The translations under genes and the position numbers were made by a program. Shown here piece after piece: positions 49,867 through 58,900 of a DNA stretch of 64,000 bases (positions are counted from its first letter, which is position 1; each line of letters opens with the position of its first letter). The notes beneath the pieces were generated by a model, which worked only from the letters and a program-made list of their open reading frames with translations, was not told the origin of the DNA and searched no databases. This DNA is from an uncultured Candidatus Babeliaceae bacterium. Lineage in GTDB: Bacteria > Babelota > Babeliae > Babelales > Babelaceae. The DNA lies in the NCBI GenBank assembly GCA_963704655.1, contig OY969927.1, positions 1,152,001 to 1,216,000 on the forward strand, in the 5' to 3' direction.

Positions 49867-50352
49867 ATGAAAAAGATAGTATTTTTGATTGCGCTTTCAA
49901 CAGCGTCGCTATATTCAACTTTTTGGCTTAATTATAAAGATAGTCCAGAGGGTTTTGTTGTGCAATCAGTTAGTGCTAGCAGCAAGGAAGAATGTAGAAA
50001 GGTCTGTAAAGATGGCGGTGGTACTTCTAATCAAGATTATGATGGTTGTGGGTGTCAAGGAGCAATGAAATATACTATGCCGCGAGACAAGGAAATAAAA
50101 TTGCCCGATGGTGTTATACCATTACATTTTAACTATTTTATTAACAATGCTAAGGACTTTAAGGACAAAAAACTTATACCCGCACAAGCAGAAGAAGGCA
50201 TTAAACAGGAATGTATAAATACTTGTAAAAGTGTAGGTAAAGAATCAACTTCTGTTGAGGGAAAACCTTTTAACGTAAGGCTTGATTTATTGCAGTTCAA
50301 CGAATATGAGAAAAATTTTGCGGCTACTAATGGCGAATGCTATTGCAAATAA
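49867..50352 (+). CDS. Secreted cysteine-rich protein
   Basis: Signal peptide; two CxxxC...CxC units. Confidence 0.75.
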   Translation: MKKIVFLIALSTASLYSTFWLNYKDSPEGFVVQSVSASSKEECRKVCKDGGGTSNQDYDGCGCQGAMKYTMPRDKEIKLPDGVIPLHFNYFINNAKDFKDKKLIPAQAEEGIKQECINTCKSVGKESTSVEGKPFNVRLDLLQFNEYEKNFAATNGECYCK

Positions 50353-50358
50353 ATAATG

Positions 50359-50432
50359 TAATTAAAATAAAAAGGAAAAAGATAAAAAAGATAGTATTTT
50401 TGATTGCGCTTTCAACAGCGTCGTTATATTCA
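50359..50432 (+). pseudogene. Duplicate of the RBS and signal peptide of 49867..50352 with the start codon lost
   Basis: Matches 49841-49917; ATG replaced by ATA. Confidence 0.8.
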
Positions 50433-50515
50433 GTGGCCGAGATCCAAGAGAGCTATTCCGTTTAATTAAAATTAAATATGTATTAGTGTGTTTCACTTAG
50501 ACTCATACACCAGCC

Positions 50516-50558
50516 CCCTTCGATACGCCGCTCTAGAAGCGGCACTAAGGGTGCACGG
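50516..50558 (-). repeat. Palindromic repeat unit
   Basis: Reverse complement reads CCGTGCACCCTTAGTG-CCGCTTCTAGAGCGGC-GTATCGAAGGG. Confidence 0.85.
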
Positions 50559-50668
50559 GGTGTGGGCAATAAACTAAATTTAATTTTAATATCTAGCAAT
50601 TAAAGTATTTTTTACGTTATATCTAGAGTTGTGTTTTAAAGTTACTCATATGGTTGAAGGCGCATCTT

Positions 50669-50866
50669 ATGAAACTATTTTTCATCATGACTCTTTTTCT
50701 TTTTCAATCTCTATTTTCAGAAAGTATACGTAATATCTTTGAGTATGATACCAGTTGGAATCATGCAGATTATGATATTGTTGCGCATGGCCACATGCAC
50801 GAAACGGGCAAGACTTTTAAAGTTTTACAGTGTGGAAGTGAGTCAAAAATAGTTATTGAAAAATAA
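50669..50866 (+). CDS. Small secreted hypothetical protein
   Basis: Signal peptide; last 12 codons duplicated at 50912-50947 with only synonymous changes, which supports coding. Confidence 0.65.
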   Translation: MKLFFIMTLFLFQSLFSESIRNIFEYDTSWNHADYDIVAHGHMHETGKTFKVLQCGSESKIVIEK

Positions 50867-50878
50867 TTAGATTTTATA

Positions 50879-50905
50879 CCCTTCGACTACGCTCAGGGCG
50901 AGCGG
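50879..50905 (-). repeat. Palindromic repeat unit (minimal form)
   Basis: CCCTTCGACTACGCTCAGGGCGAGCGG. Confidence 0.85.
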
Positions 50906-51198
50906 CTGTCGTGTGGCAGTGAATCAAAGATAGTTATTGAAAAGTAAAAAAAAGCCCTTCAACTCGATTAAAAGCTGAAGGGTTAGGGGGGAGAACAATT
51001 CTAGAATGAATTGTTCATTTAGGGACGTTTTTTAATAGCAAATTTATTTGTAGGAAAAATTCTCTACTTAACTTTGGTTGAGACTAACAATCTGTTTTAG
51101 TAAAGTCAAGCGAGTTAATACTTTTAATTTTCTTATATTTTTCTGAATCAAAAAAAATGCTGTAATCTTGCACTAATTCGATATATTAAAAAAATAAA

Positions 51199-51636
51199 TT
51201 ATTTTAATTTTTCTTCCAGGTTCCATTTTTTAATAATAAGATCATGCAATTCAAGATCATTGTCTTTAATAAGTTCAACAAAACGAGTTTCATCGAATCT
51301 GAAATTTCCCGGCATACCTTTTGCTGGTTCTTTTATCCTTGTCTCCATGTAAGCACCGCGTTGCACTGATGCTGCAATAAATGGCTTTATTAAATGAAAT
51401 TGGTTTTTATTGCTTAATGCGAATCTACATAAATCTTGAAGATAATTATCTTTTGCAGGCTGTTGAAAATCCACAAATGCGGCCCAGTATTCTTCTGTTG
51501 CTGAAGTTTTTGATTCTGTTAAAGCGGCAAGTGCGATTTGGTCTTTTGTGATTTTTAACAGAAGCTCAGCTTTATTTGTATCATCAAATGCGTATAAGCT
51601 TGTAGCGAAAAATAGGCAAAGTGAAATAAGTATCAT
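51199..51636 (-). CDS. Secreted hypothetical protein
   Basis: RBS AAGGA before MILISL; LYA|FDD. Confidence 0.65.
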   Translation of the reverse strand: MILISLCLFFATSLYAFDDTNKAELLLKITKDQIALAALTESKTSATEEYWAAFVDFQQPAKDNYLQDLCRFALSNKNQFHLIKPFIAASVQRGAYMETRIKEPAKGMPGNFRFDETRFVELIKDNDLELHDLIIKKWNLEEKLK

Positions 51637-51646
51637 GGGGGTATCC

Positions 51647-52654
51647 TTATGTATTTGAATTGTTGCTTGTGATAAGTTCGTTGCTATGTTTAATGAGTGC
51701 TTGTTGTATATAGCGCAATTGCTGAGATTCAGGATCTTTTTCTGCCAGCAAGGTTGCCAGTTCAATCGCTGTTTTGTTAAGTATCTTTAAAGCAAATTCA
51801 CTTTTTTCTTTGCCGTCCCATGCTTTCATTTTTTCATTAAAAAGTTCATGATTGCAATTTCTGGTTATCCATTCAAATTTTCTTTGTAGTTCATGTAATG
51901 AATGCTCTTTAGCATTGAGGATTAGTTTATGTAAGATAGAGCCTCTAAAATTATCATCAAAATTATCAGGGCGATAAACTAAAGATAATAGATTTGGATC
52001 GAGTCGTACCTTTGCCTGGGAATAATTTAAAAGATCTGATTCATAATCGGGGCCCATTATGTCAAATAGGTGTGCATTATCGGGAGTAGGCCGTATTTCA
52101 GAAGGTTCTAGCAATCTAGCAATATCGACGGTGCGTGCGTTTTCCCAGATGTCTGAAAAAATATTATCAAAGAGCCAAGAATATAGTCGTGCGTCATGCT
52201 GCACTAAAGAAAGTATTTTTTTATCATTAAAATCACAAGCAGTTGATATAAGATCACGGATATCCGTTCTCATTTGAGAATCATTCAAAGAAACATTCTT
52301 AATGCACATAGCTACTAAACAACGCGTATATTTATACTTATTTTTTTCCCTATCTAACCAAAATAAAAAAGAATTAAAGCAGAAGGTCTGGGCCCCTCCT
52401 TCTAATTTATCAAATGCTAACCAATGCTCTTTTTTTTTCTGCTTTTTGCAATAGGTTGTAATTGCCCAGGGATTATCAGGATTTTCATCATCAAAATCAA
52501 AACTTTTTTTACGAAGTTCGCTTTGATTTATAGGAGGCTGTTTCTCTATTTCTTGCCAAAGTTTTAATTGAACCTCAAGTATTTTTGAAACAGACTGATT
52601 TTCTGCAGCGTATAAAAAACTGCCCATGCAAAGCAGTAATAGAAAAATCATCAT
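51647..52654 (-). CDS. Secreted hypothetical protein, possibly with degenerate ankyrin repeats
   Basis: Signal peptide ending LYA|AEN; GSILHKL. Confidence 0.7.
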   Translation of the reverse strand: MMIFLLLLCMGSFLYAAENQSVSKILEVQLKLWQEIEKQPPINQSELRKKSFDFDDENPDNPWAITTYCKKQKKKEHWLAFDKLEGGAQTFCFNSFLFWLDREKNKYKYTRCLVAMCIKNVSLNDSQMRTDIRDLISTACDFNDKKILSLVQHDARLYSWLFDNIFSDIWENARTVDIARLLEPSEIRPTPDNAHLFDIMGPDYESDLLNYSQAKVRLDPNLLSLVYRPDNFDDNFRGSILHKLILNAKEHSLHELQRKFEWITRNCNHELFNEKMKAWDGKEKSEFALKILNKTAIELATLLAEKDPESQQLRYIQQALIKHSNELITSNNSNT

Positions 52655-52685
52655 ATGCTCTCCCAAGAGAATAATAATAAATTAA

Positions 52686-53399
52686 CTATGAATTATAGAT
52701 GAATTTTTTAATTTCGGGAAAGTTATTTGGTTGAGACATAAATTCTTGCGAGTTGGCAGTTTGCACAATCGCGCCTGCGTGCATTAAAAATATTGTGCAG
52801 GGTAATTGCTCAACCAATTGAACATCGTGCGTTGCAACCAAAATTGTGTAGCCTGCTTGCGATAATTCGGTAATGGTTCGGGCGATATGAGTTTTTAAAA
52901 GTGGGTCAAGCGCAGAGGTTGGTTCATCAAAGCAGATAACTGCCGGTTTTTGCGCAATGGTGCGTAAGATAGCAAGACGTTGTTGTTGACCACCAGAAAG
53001 TTCGTCAGGGAACCTGTTTGCAAGTTCAAGCATGCCGTACTGTTTTAAAAGCGTTAATGCAATTTCGTGAGCTTGCGCTAATGACATCTTTGTGCGCCCC
53101 TTACAGAGTGGAAAGATGATATTGTCTTTCACCGATAAATTTTCAAAAAGATTAAATTGCTGAAAGACCATGCCAACTTTTTCAGGAGTAAGATATTCTG
53201 CATCAAGAAAGATGGTTCCCGTATCCTGCGTTTCAAGGCCAGCAATAATACGTAATAGGGTTGATTTACCGGTTCCAGAAGAACCAAGTAATACACCAAT
53301 ACTGCCAGTTTGAAGCTGTAAAGAAATATCGTGTAAGACTATTTTTGAGGAAACACCGGAGGTGCCGAATTTTTTAGAAAGATTTTTTATCTGTAGCAT
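52686..53399 (-). CDS. Polar amino acid ABC transporter ATP-binding protein
   Basis: GSSGTGKST, GMVFQQFNLF, LSGGQQQR, FDEPTSALDP. Confidence 0.93.
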   Translation of the reverse strand: MLQIKNLSKKFGTSGVSSKIVLHDISLQLQTGSIGVLLGSSGTGKSTLLRIIAGLETQDTGTIFLDAEYLTPEKVGMVFQQFNLFENLSVKDNIIFPLCKGRTKMSLAQAHEIALTLLKQYGMLELANRFPDELSGGQQQRLAILRTIAQKPAVICFDEPTSALDPLLKTHIARTITELSQAGYTILVATHDVQLVEQLPCTIFLMHAGAIVQTANSQEFMSQPNNFPEIKKFIYNS

Positions 53400-54042
53400 G
53401 GTAAGAAAGCTTTGATTCTAAAAGGGTGATAGCATACGATAAGCTCATGGTTATAATCAGATAAATAACTGCAAGAGCAATATATATAGATAGTGCGTCA
53501 TACGTTTGTGAAATAATGGTTTTGCCCACAAAAAAGAGTTCGGTAACACCAATCATCGATGCCAAAGAGGTGTCTTTTACCAGTGTTATTGCTTCGTTTC
53601 CCAGTGCTGGCAGCACTGTTCTAATTGCCTGTGGTAAAATAACCGTTTTTAATAATTCTTTACGTGGAATGCCTAACGTTTGTGCCGCTTCAAGTTGGCC
53701 CGTTGATATACTGCGAATCCCCGCTTTAATTATTTGGCTGATATAGGCACTACTATTCATGCCGATAGCAATTAACGCGCACCAGAATGCACTCAAATGT
53801 AGATGGTTACTGACAAGGTAATAGATAAAAACGATTTGAATAAGCATGGGCGTGCCACGCAGAATTGTCGTATAAACTTTAATAAGTATGCGCGCTACGC
53901 GAGACCCTGACGTTTCAAGAATAGCTAGTAATGTGCCCAATAATGCACCAATAAGCAGTGCACCAACTGCAAGCGCAAGTGATATGCCTGTTGCTTTTAA
54001 AAGCTCAGGCGCTCTTTGAAGTATCAGTGTAAAATTTATCAT
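53374..54042 (-). CDS. Polar amino acid ABC transporter permease
   Basis: RGTPMLIQ, GQLEAA, ILPQA, LVKDTSL. Confidence 0.95.
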   Translation of the reverse strand: MINFTLILQRAPELLKATGISLALAVGALLIGALLGTLLAILETSGSRVARILIKVYTTILRGTPMLIQIVFIYYLVSNHLHLSAFWCALIAIGMNSSAYISQIIKAGIRSISTGQLEAAQTLGIPRKELLKTVILPQAIRTVLPALGNEAITLVKDTSLASMIGVTELFFVGKTIISQTYDALSIYIALAVIYLIITMSLSYAITLLESKLSYHATDKKSF

Positions 54043-54058
54043 ACTCTATTTCCAATGT

Positions 54059-54166
54059 CCGCATGGTTCGACTCCGCTCACCACGAGCGGCCAGTCCCGC
54101 TTACAAATTTCTTGTTCTCTCCCTTCCGCTCACACTGAGCGGAGGCTGAAAGCCGAAGTCGAAGTG
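54059..54166. repeat. Inverted dimer of the palindromic repeat inside the ABC operon
   Basis: ATGGTTCGACTCCGCTCACCACGAGCGG and CCGCTCACACTGAGCGGAGGCTGAAAGCCGAAGTCGAAGTG. Confidence 0.85.
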
Positions 54167-54928
54167 TCATGCTAAATACCATTTCTCTTTTAACTGAGCA
54201 AGTGTACCGTCTTCACGTAATTCCTGCAACGTAACATCTATTTTTTCTTTTAATTCAGGGGAGTTTTTTGAAATTCCCAATGCAGTAAATTCTTGTAATT
54301 CTTCTATAGGTACAATGCGGACAGTGTCTGCGCCAATAGCATCTTGTAATGGTTTAATTGTGCCGCCACCTGTTACAAACGCATCTACTTTGCCATGTTT
54401 AAGTGCAAGCAGTGCATCACTGGTGCTTGGGAGTCTGAGTAGATTAATTTCAGCTTTTTGTGAAAGCTGTAAATCAGCAACATACCCTTGGTTAACCGCA
54501 ACAGTTTTTCCATACAAATCACTGAGCGAGTTGATCGAATTGTTATTGCTTAATAACACTATTGCAAGCGGGTCCGCCTCTATATACGGTGTACTAAAAA
54601 GCACACGTTCTGCACGTTCTGGTGTGTGTGACATGCCTGCTGCAATAACGTCAATTGAGCCAAATTGCATTTGCGTTAAAAGTGTCTCAAAGGGCATATT
54701 TTCTAAGCGATAGGGCATGTTTAAGCGACTAAATATCTCACGAATAAGGTCGATATCAAAGCCAACAATGGCACCCGTATCATCGATAAAACTAAAGGGT
54801 GCAAAATCGGCGCTGGTGCCAACAACTATCTCTTGTGTATTGCGGCCCTTAGGCTTTGAACAGTAACGAATAGTTGCCACGGTAGTAGCAACCATGAGTA
54901 TCATGATAATTTTTTGTAAACTTTTCAT
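54167..54928 (-). CDS. Amino acid ABC transporter substrate-binding protein (family 3)
   Basis: VGTSADFAPF, GFDIDL, TPERAERVLFSTPY, DGTLAQLKEKW. Confidence 0.95.
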   Translation of the reverse strand: MKSLQKIIMILMVATTVATIRYCSKPKGRNTQEIVVGTSADFAPFSFIDDTGAIVGFDIDLIREIFSRLNMPYRLENMPFETLLTQMQFGSIDVIAAGMSHTPERAERVLFSTPYIEADPLAIVLLSNNNSINSLSDLYGKTVAVNQGYVADLQLSQKAEINLLRLPSTSDALLALKHGKVDAFVTGGGTIKPLQDAIGADTVRIVPIEELQEFTALGISKNSPELKEKIDVTLQELREDGTLAQLKEKWYLA

Positions 54929-54943
54929 AATTTATTTCCGTAC

Positions 54944-54985
54944 CCGCTCACACTGAGCGAAGGCTGAAAGCCGAAGTCGAATGTG
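54944..54985 (+). repeat. Palindromic repeat unit
   Basis: Near-identical to 54126-54166. Confidence 0.88.
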
Positions 54986-55017
54986 TTGGGGATTGAAAGT
55001 GACATTCTTGAATTACT

Positions 55018-55788
55018 TTAAACTTTGTGGGTGAAAACTGCAATAAAACCAAGGTTATAGAATGCCATTCTGAAATTGGGGTTAAGTTCAGAAGCTTTTT
55101 TGAGTAATTCAAATGCGCGTGCCGGGTTTTCAGGCTGTTCCATAAAATGCACAACTGCCAAATTATTAATGGTAGTAAAGTTATTTGGATTTAATGCAAA
55201 TGCTTTTTCAAGCCATGAATGTGCGGTTGCGTAATCATTTTTTTCATAATCAAGCATACCTAAATTATTATATGCGTAATCAAAGTTTGCATCATTTTCG
55301 ATAGCCTTTTCAAACATTTCATGTGCGCGATCAAATTTTTGCAAATACATGTAAACAATGCCTAAATTATTATAAAAGGCTGATGCATGCGGCTCTTGTT
55401 CAATTGCTTTTTTAAGATATTTTTCTGCTTCGCTATGCACATTATTGCTTGAAAGGAATGTCCCTAAGTTATACAGTGCAGCAGAAGCAGATTTTTCACC
55501 AGCAACGGCCTTTTTGAGATTTGCAAGACCTTCTTGGACATAGCCAAGGGCGCATTGCATTGAGCCTAAATTGCTCAAAAGATGCGAAGATTGTGACTGC
55601 GCATTTACTGCTTTTTGGTAATATTCAAGCGTTTTTTGCGGATTATTGTCTTGGAAATAACCATTTGCGGCTGTTAATGCATGCTGCGCTTGGTCATTAA
55701 TGCCTTCAACAGAGGTGTAATAGATATAAGGGGTTTGTAAGGTGCTCGTCATAAGACGTGCTTTAACATCGACGGTTGTTTGTGTCAT
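55018..55788 (-). CDS. Tetratricopeptide repeat protein
   Basis: Repeated YNNLG/YNLG helices, KA.ELNPN. Confidence 0.9.
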   Translation of the reverse strand: MTQTTVDVKARLMTSTLQTPYIYYTSVEGINDQAQHALTAANGYFQDNNPQKTLEYYQKAVNAQSQSSHLLSNLGSMQCALGYVQEGLANLKKAVAGEKSASAALYNLGTFLSSNNVHSEAEKYLKKAIEQEPHASAFYNNLGIVYMYLQKFDRAHEMFEKAIENDANFDYAYNNLGMLDYEKNDYATAHSWLEKAFALNPNNFTTINNLAVVHFMEQPENPARAFELLKKASELNPNFRMAFYNLGFIAVFTHKV

Positions 55789-55880
55789 AGTTTTTGCAGG
55801 GCTAAAGTGTTACTTTTTATTTTATTTTAATCTATTTTGCAAAAAAGTAATAGGCGGGATCACGTATATGTTATGCATAT

Positions 55881-55912
55881 AAAAAAAGCCACGGCATGAT
55901 ACCGTGGCTTTA
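55881..55912 (-). terminator. Intrinsic terminator
   Basis: AAAAAAAGCCACGG-CATGATA-CCGTGGCTTT. Confidence 0.75.
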
Positions 55913-55938
55913 ATATCTTGATTATGACAGTACTTTTT

Positions 55939-56466
55939 CTAGCGACCAAGCACTATGCTTGGCTTACTTAGTATTAAAAGCCCTATAATGGCTGCTGGTA
56001 TAGCAGGACGTGCAGCCATAAAAGCGCCTGTTACTGCTGTGCCAATCGACAATGTTGAATATAAAGCGTTTGATTTATAGTTTCGTTCCATATGTTGTAA
56101 TGCTTGCGTCAAAGATAAATGAGTACCATCAGCAGTTACAACAGATTGCGTACCAAGGGGTCCCTTGTATATTCTATAATTGCCAACTGTTTTATAATCG
56201 CCAACTTCTATTCCTGGTTTTAAGGTTCCATTAGCGACACCTTCCCATGCTAAGCGTAGCTCATCTTTTTGTCTTTTAAGGGTGTTAGCATTGTAATAAT
56301 AAGCGCTCATGCCGCCAGTTAAAAGCCCGGCCCCTGCTAAGAAATCGCCTGCCCAGCTGCCCGTTACAGGTTGGAAAATATTATTAATATCAATCATTGT
56401 TTGGGTTTTTTGTGAACTCAAGCCCAAACCAAGGGCAAAGAGTAATAAAAGCTGTTTTTTCATCAT
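55939..56466 (-). CDS. Secreted/membrane hypothetical protein
   Basis: MMKK signal peptide; TM segments. Confidence 0.7.
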   Translation of the reverse strand: MMKKQLLLLFALGLGLSSQKTQTMIDINNIFQPVTGSWAGDFLAGAGLLTGGMSAYYYNANTLKRQKDELRLAWEGVANGTLKPGIEVGDYKTVGNYRIYKGPLGTQSVVTADGTHLSLTQALQHMERNYKSNALYSTLSIGTAVTGAFMAARPAIPAAIIGLLILSKPSIVLGR

Positions 56467-56601
56467 TTTTCCTTTAAATTGTGATTGCAATATCTCTAAT
56501 AGTAATTATTGCAGATTTTTTGGTTAAAAGGCAAGATATTGGCTTATGTAAGCCCTATTTTCAGGTTAAAAACAGGGGTGTTTTTGGGTAAAAAAGCAGG
56601 T

Positions 56602-57099
56602 TTAGGCTTTTTTTAATATAAAACTTACGTGTCCAGAGCTTTCAAGGTATGCTTTTTCGATCTTGGAGACATCGCTGGTGCCTGTTTGTGTGCGTAATAG
56701 GGTATGAAGGTCATGTTCGGTAATGAAGCATTTTCTCATGGCCTTCCATTGAATTTTGCCGTCTTCAACCAATACTATCGGTTTCCCTTCGACAATAATT
56801 TTGAATGCGATTATGTAATAATCTATTACGACAACGAGCCAATTAAGAACCAGAAGAAAAATGGCCATACCGAGTGTTTCATAAAATAATGGTCCAGTAA
56901 TTGCGGCTGCTAAAATTGAACCGATAATGATATACAAGAAAAAATCTGAAACGGTTGTATATCCCATAAAACGTTTATTTAAGCGTGTTAAAAAAATGCC
57001 CAAAATATATACACATAATGCACGTGCTATCATGTGCCAAACGGTTAAATGTACCGCATCGACTCCAAAAAAATTATTTATAACACTGAGTATACTCAT
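56602..57099 (-). CDS. DUF421 (YetF-like) membrane protein
   Basis: Three TMs; EGKPIVLVEDG; AYLESSGHVS. Confidence 0.88.
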   Translation of the reverse strand: MSILSVINNFFGVDAVHLTVWHMIARALCVYILGIFLTRLNKRFMGYTTVSDFFLYIIIGSILAAAITGPLFYETLGMAIFLLVLNWLVVVIDYYIIAFKIIVEGKPIVLVEDGKIQWKAMRKCFITEHDLHTLLRTQTGTSDVSKIEKAYLESSGHVSFILKKA

Positions 57100-57173
57100 G
57101 ATAATCACCTTAAAATTAATCGACTTACGTAACCGTTTAATTATGATAAATATGCATGTTTAAATTCAAGCGA

Positions 57174-58793
57174 TTAATAAAGTTGGTCAAGTGTGGCCTT
57201 GGGTGTAGTTTCTGCAAGTGCAGCGTAAAATGTTTCGTCATATGAGCGTGTTTGGATAACAATGGGCATAGGGATAGCATGTCCAAGCAATAAGACTTGT
57301 TTTTTGCTATCAAGTGTAGCTAAGACCGTTTTTAGTTCTTGGCTGCCATGTGTGCCGGTAAGCACTGCCTGAATATCTTTTTCATCACTTAATTGTGCAA
57401 CAATTTTGGTGCCAAGTTGTGAAATTATTTCTGGGTCGATTCCAGAAGGACGTTGATCGATCACCAATAACGAAACATAATATTTACGCATTTCACGCGC
57501 AATGGTACCAAAGATTGTTTGGCGCGCAGTTTGTGGGTTTAAAAATTTGTGCGCCTCTTCAATGGTGATCAGCAACTTGCGTGGTTCGTCTTCTTTTCTA
57601 TGAGAGCCAAGAAATTTTTCTGTTTTTTCTATATACAGTGCGTGGATTCTGCGCGTAATAATATTTGCCAATAATAAATAACAAAATGTAGAAGTGAAAT
57701 TTCCAAACTCTATAATTACTGAAACGCCGCGTTGGAGATATTCAAGCAGCTGATCAATAACGGTATCATGCGTTAGATTTGGGTCAAAAAATGGCAAGCG
57801 TTGAATTTGTTTCAGTTTTCTGTGAAGTGCGGTGAGTGATTCCGGGTTACATCCAGTTTCTTGAGCAAGCTCTTTTAGGCGATCCCCAGAAGTGAGTAAA
57901 ACAGAGAGCCAATTATTTCTATATTTAGATTCAAGCAAATACGCAGATTCACATGCTGTTGGGTGCAAATTAAGCTCTTGCTGTAATGACAAAATATCTT
58001 CAACTTGCAGCGCTTGGTAACTTAATTTTATGGCAACATCGGGTGTTGCCCCGCGTCGTTTTGTTGATGCAGGGTCAAGTGAAAATATTGCTATTTTGCT
58101 GGGGAACAGTGTCTTGAGCCCTTTGACAAATGATTCATGGGAACCTTCTTTGCGTGCTTGCAGGCCGTATTCGCTGTGCATATCAAAAATAAGCGTTACT
58201 GCGTTAGTATTTTTAATAACACCCGCTAAAACTAAACGTGTTAAAAAAGTTTTTCCGGTTCCTGTTTTACCAAATATGCCATTACTTCGTTCAAGTAATT
58301 TTGGGATATTAAGACACACAGAAACATCCATTTCTAATGGCGTGCCGATAGAAAAATAGGTTTCATGGTCCTCTTTTTCACTGCCAAATATCGCCGTAAT
58401 TTCATGGGGCGCAACAGAAGTTACCGGGCAAAAATGTGCCGGAATGCTGGTAACCGGTGACCGTTCCAGGCGATTATTTAAAACAACCATGGGGCGCAAG
58501 ATTGCCGTTGCGTGCAGATAGCGCTGTTTAACGCGTTGCCACAGTAAATTGTGTTTGTTTATCGGTGGATATTGCACCAATTCTGTTGGTAGTGGTTCTA
58601 GAAAAATATTGGTGATCATTGAAAAGTATCGATACTCTGCACCGGTGATACTTACAAATGTTCCAGCTTTCAGGCTATCAAGATCGACATGCGAACTTAT
58701 GCGCATGACAAAACCATCTGAAAGTGACCCGGCTATAATGGTGCCGATTGGCGCGCAATCGCGCACTATTTTTTTTTCTAAACTAAGCTGCAT
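57174..58793 (-). CDS. HerA-like (DUF87) ATPase
   Basis: N-terminal HAS-barrel-like region, GKTGTGKT, FDMHSEY, IEEAHKF, REMRKY, DQRPS. Confidence 0.9.
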   Translation of the reverse strand: MQLSLEKKIVRDCAPIGTIIAGSLSDGFVMRISSHVDLDSLKAGTFVSITGAEYRYFSMITNIFLEPLPTELVQYPPINKHNLLWQRVKQRYLHATAILRPMVVLNNRLERSPVTSIPAHFCPVTSVAPHEITAIFGSEKEDHETYFSIGTPLEMDVSVCLNIPKLLERSNGIFGKTGTGKTFLTRLVLAGVIKNTNAVTLIFDMHSEYGLQARKEGSHESFVKGLKTLFPSKIAIFSLDPASTKRRGATPDVAIKLSYQALQVEDILSLQQELNLHPTACESAYLLESKYRNNWLSVLLTSGDRLKELAQETGCNPESLTALHRKLKQIQRLPFFDPNLTHDTVIDQLLEYLQRGVSVIIEFGNFTSTFCYLLLANIITRRIHALYIEKTEKFLGSHRKEDEPRKLLITIEEAHKFLNPQTARQTIFGTIAREMRKYYVSLLVIDQRPSGIDPEIISQLGTKIVAQLSDEKDIQAVLTGTHGSQELKTVLATLDSKKQVLLLGHAIPMPIVIQTRSYDETFYAALAETTPKATLDQLY

Positions 58794-58900
58794 AAAAATT
58801 CCCCCATGTTAATATCTATTATTACTGTAAGTTTTTTTATGTCATAATTCAACAGAGTGCTTATTTATTGTAAGCTTAATTTAATTTTTTAAAGGAATAA

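Noticed and set aside
39858-54985. Palindromic repeats as a CRISPR array or integron attC sites
   Set aside because: They are dispersed, not regularly spaced, several lie inside genes, there are no GTTRRRY/RYYYAAC ends, and no cas or intI gene is present.
57174-58793. HerA as part of an anti-phage system
   Set aside because: No adjacent nuclease or SIR2 partner; neighbours are a DUF421 gene and a divergent WD40 gene.
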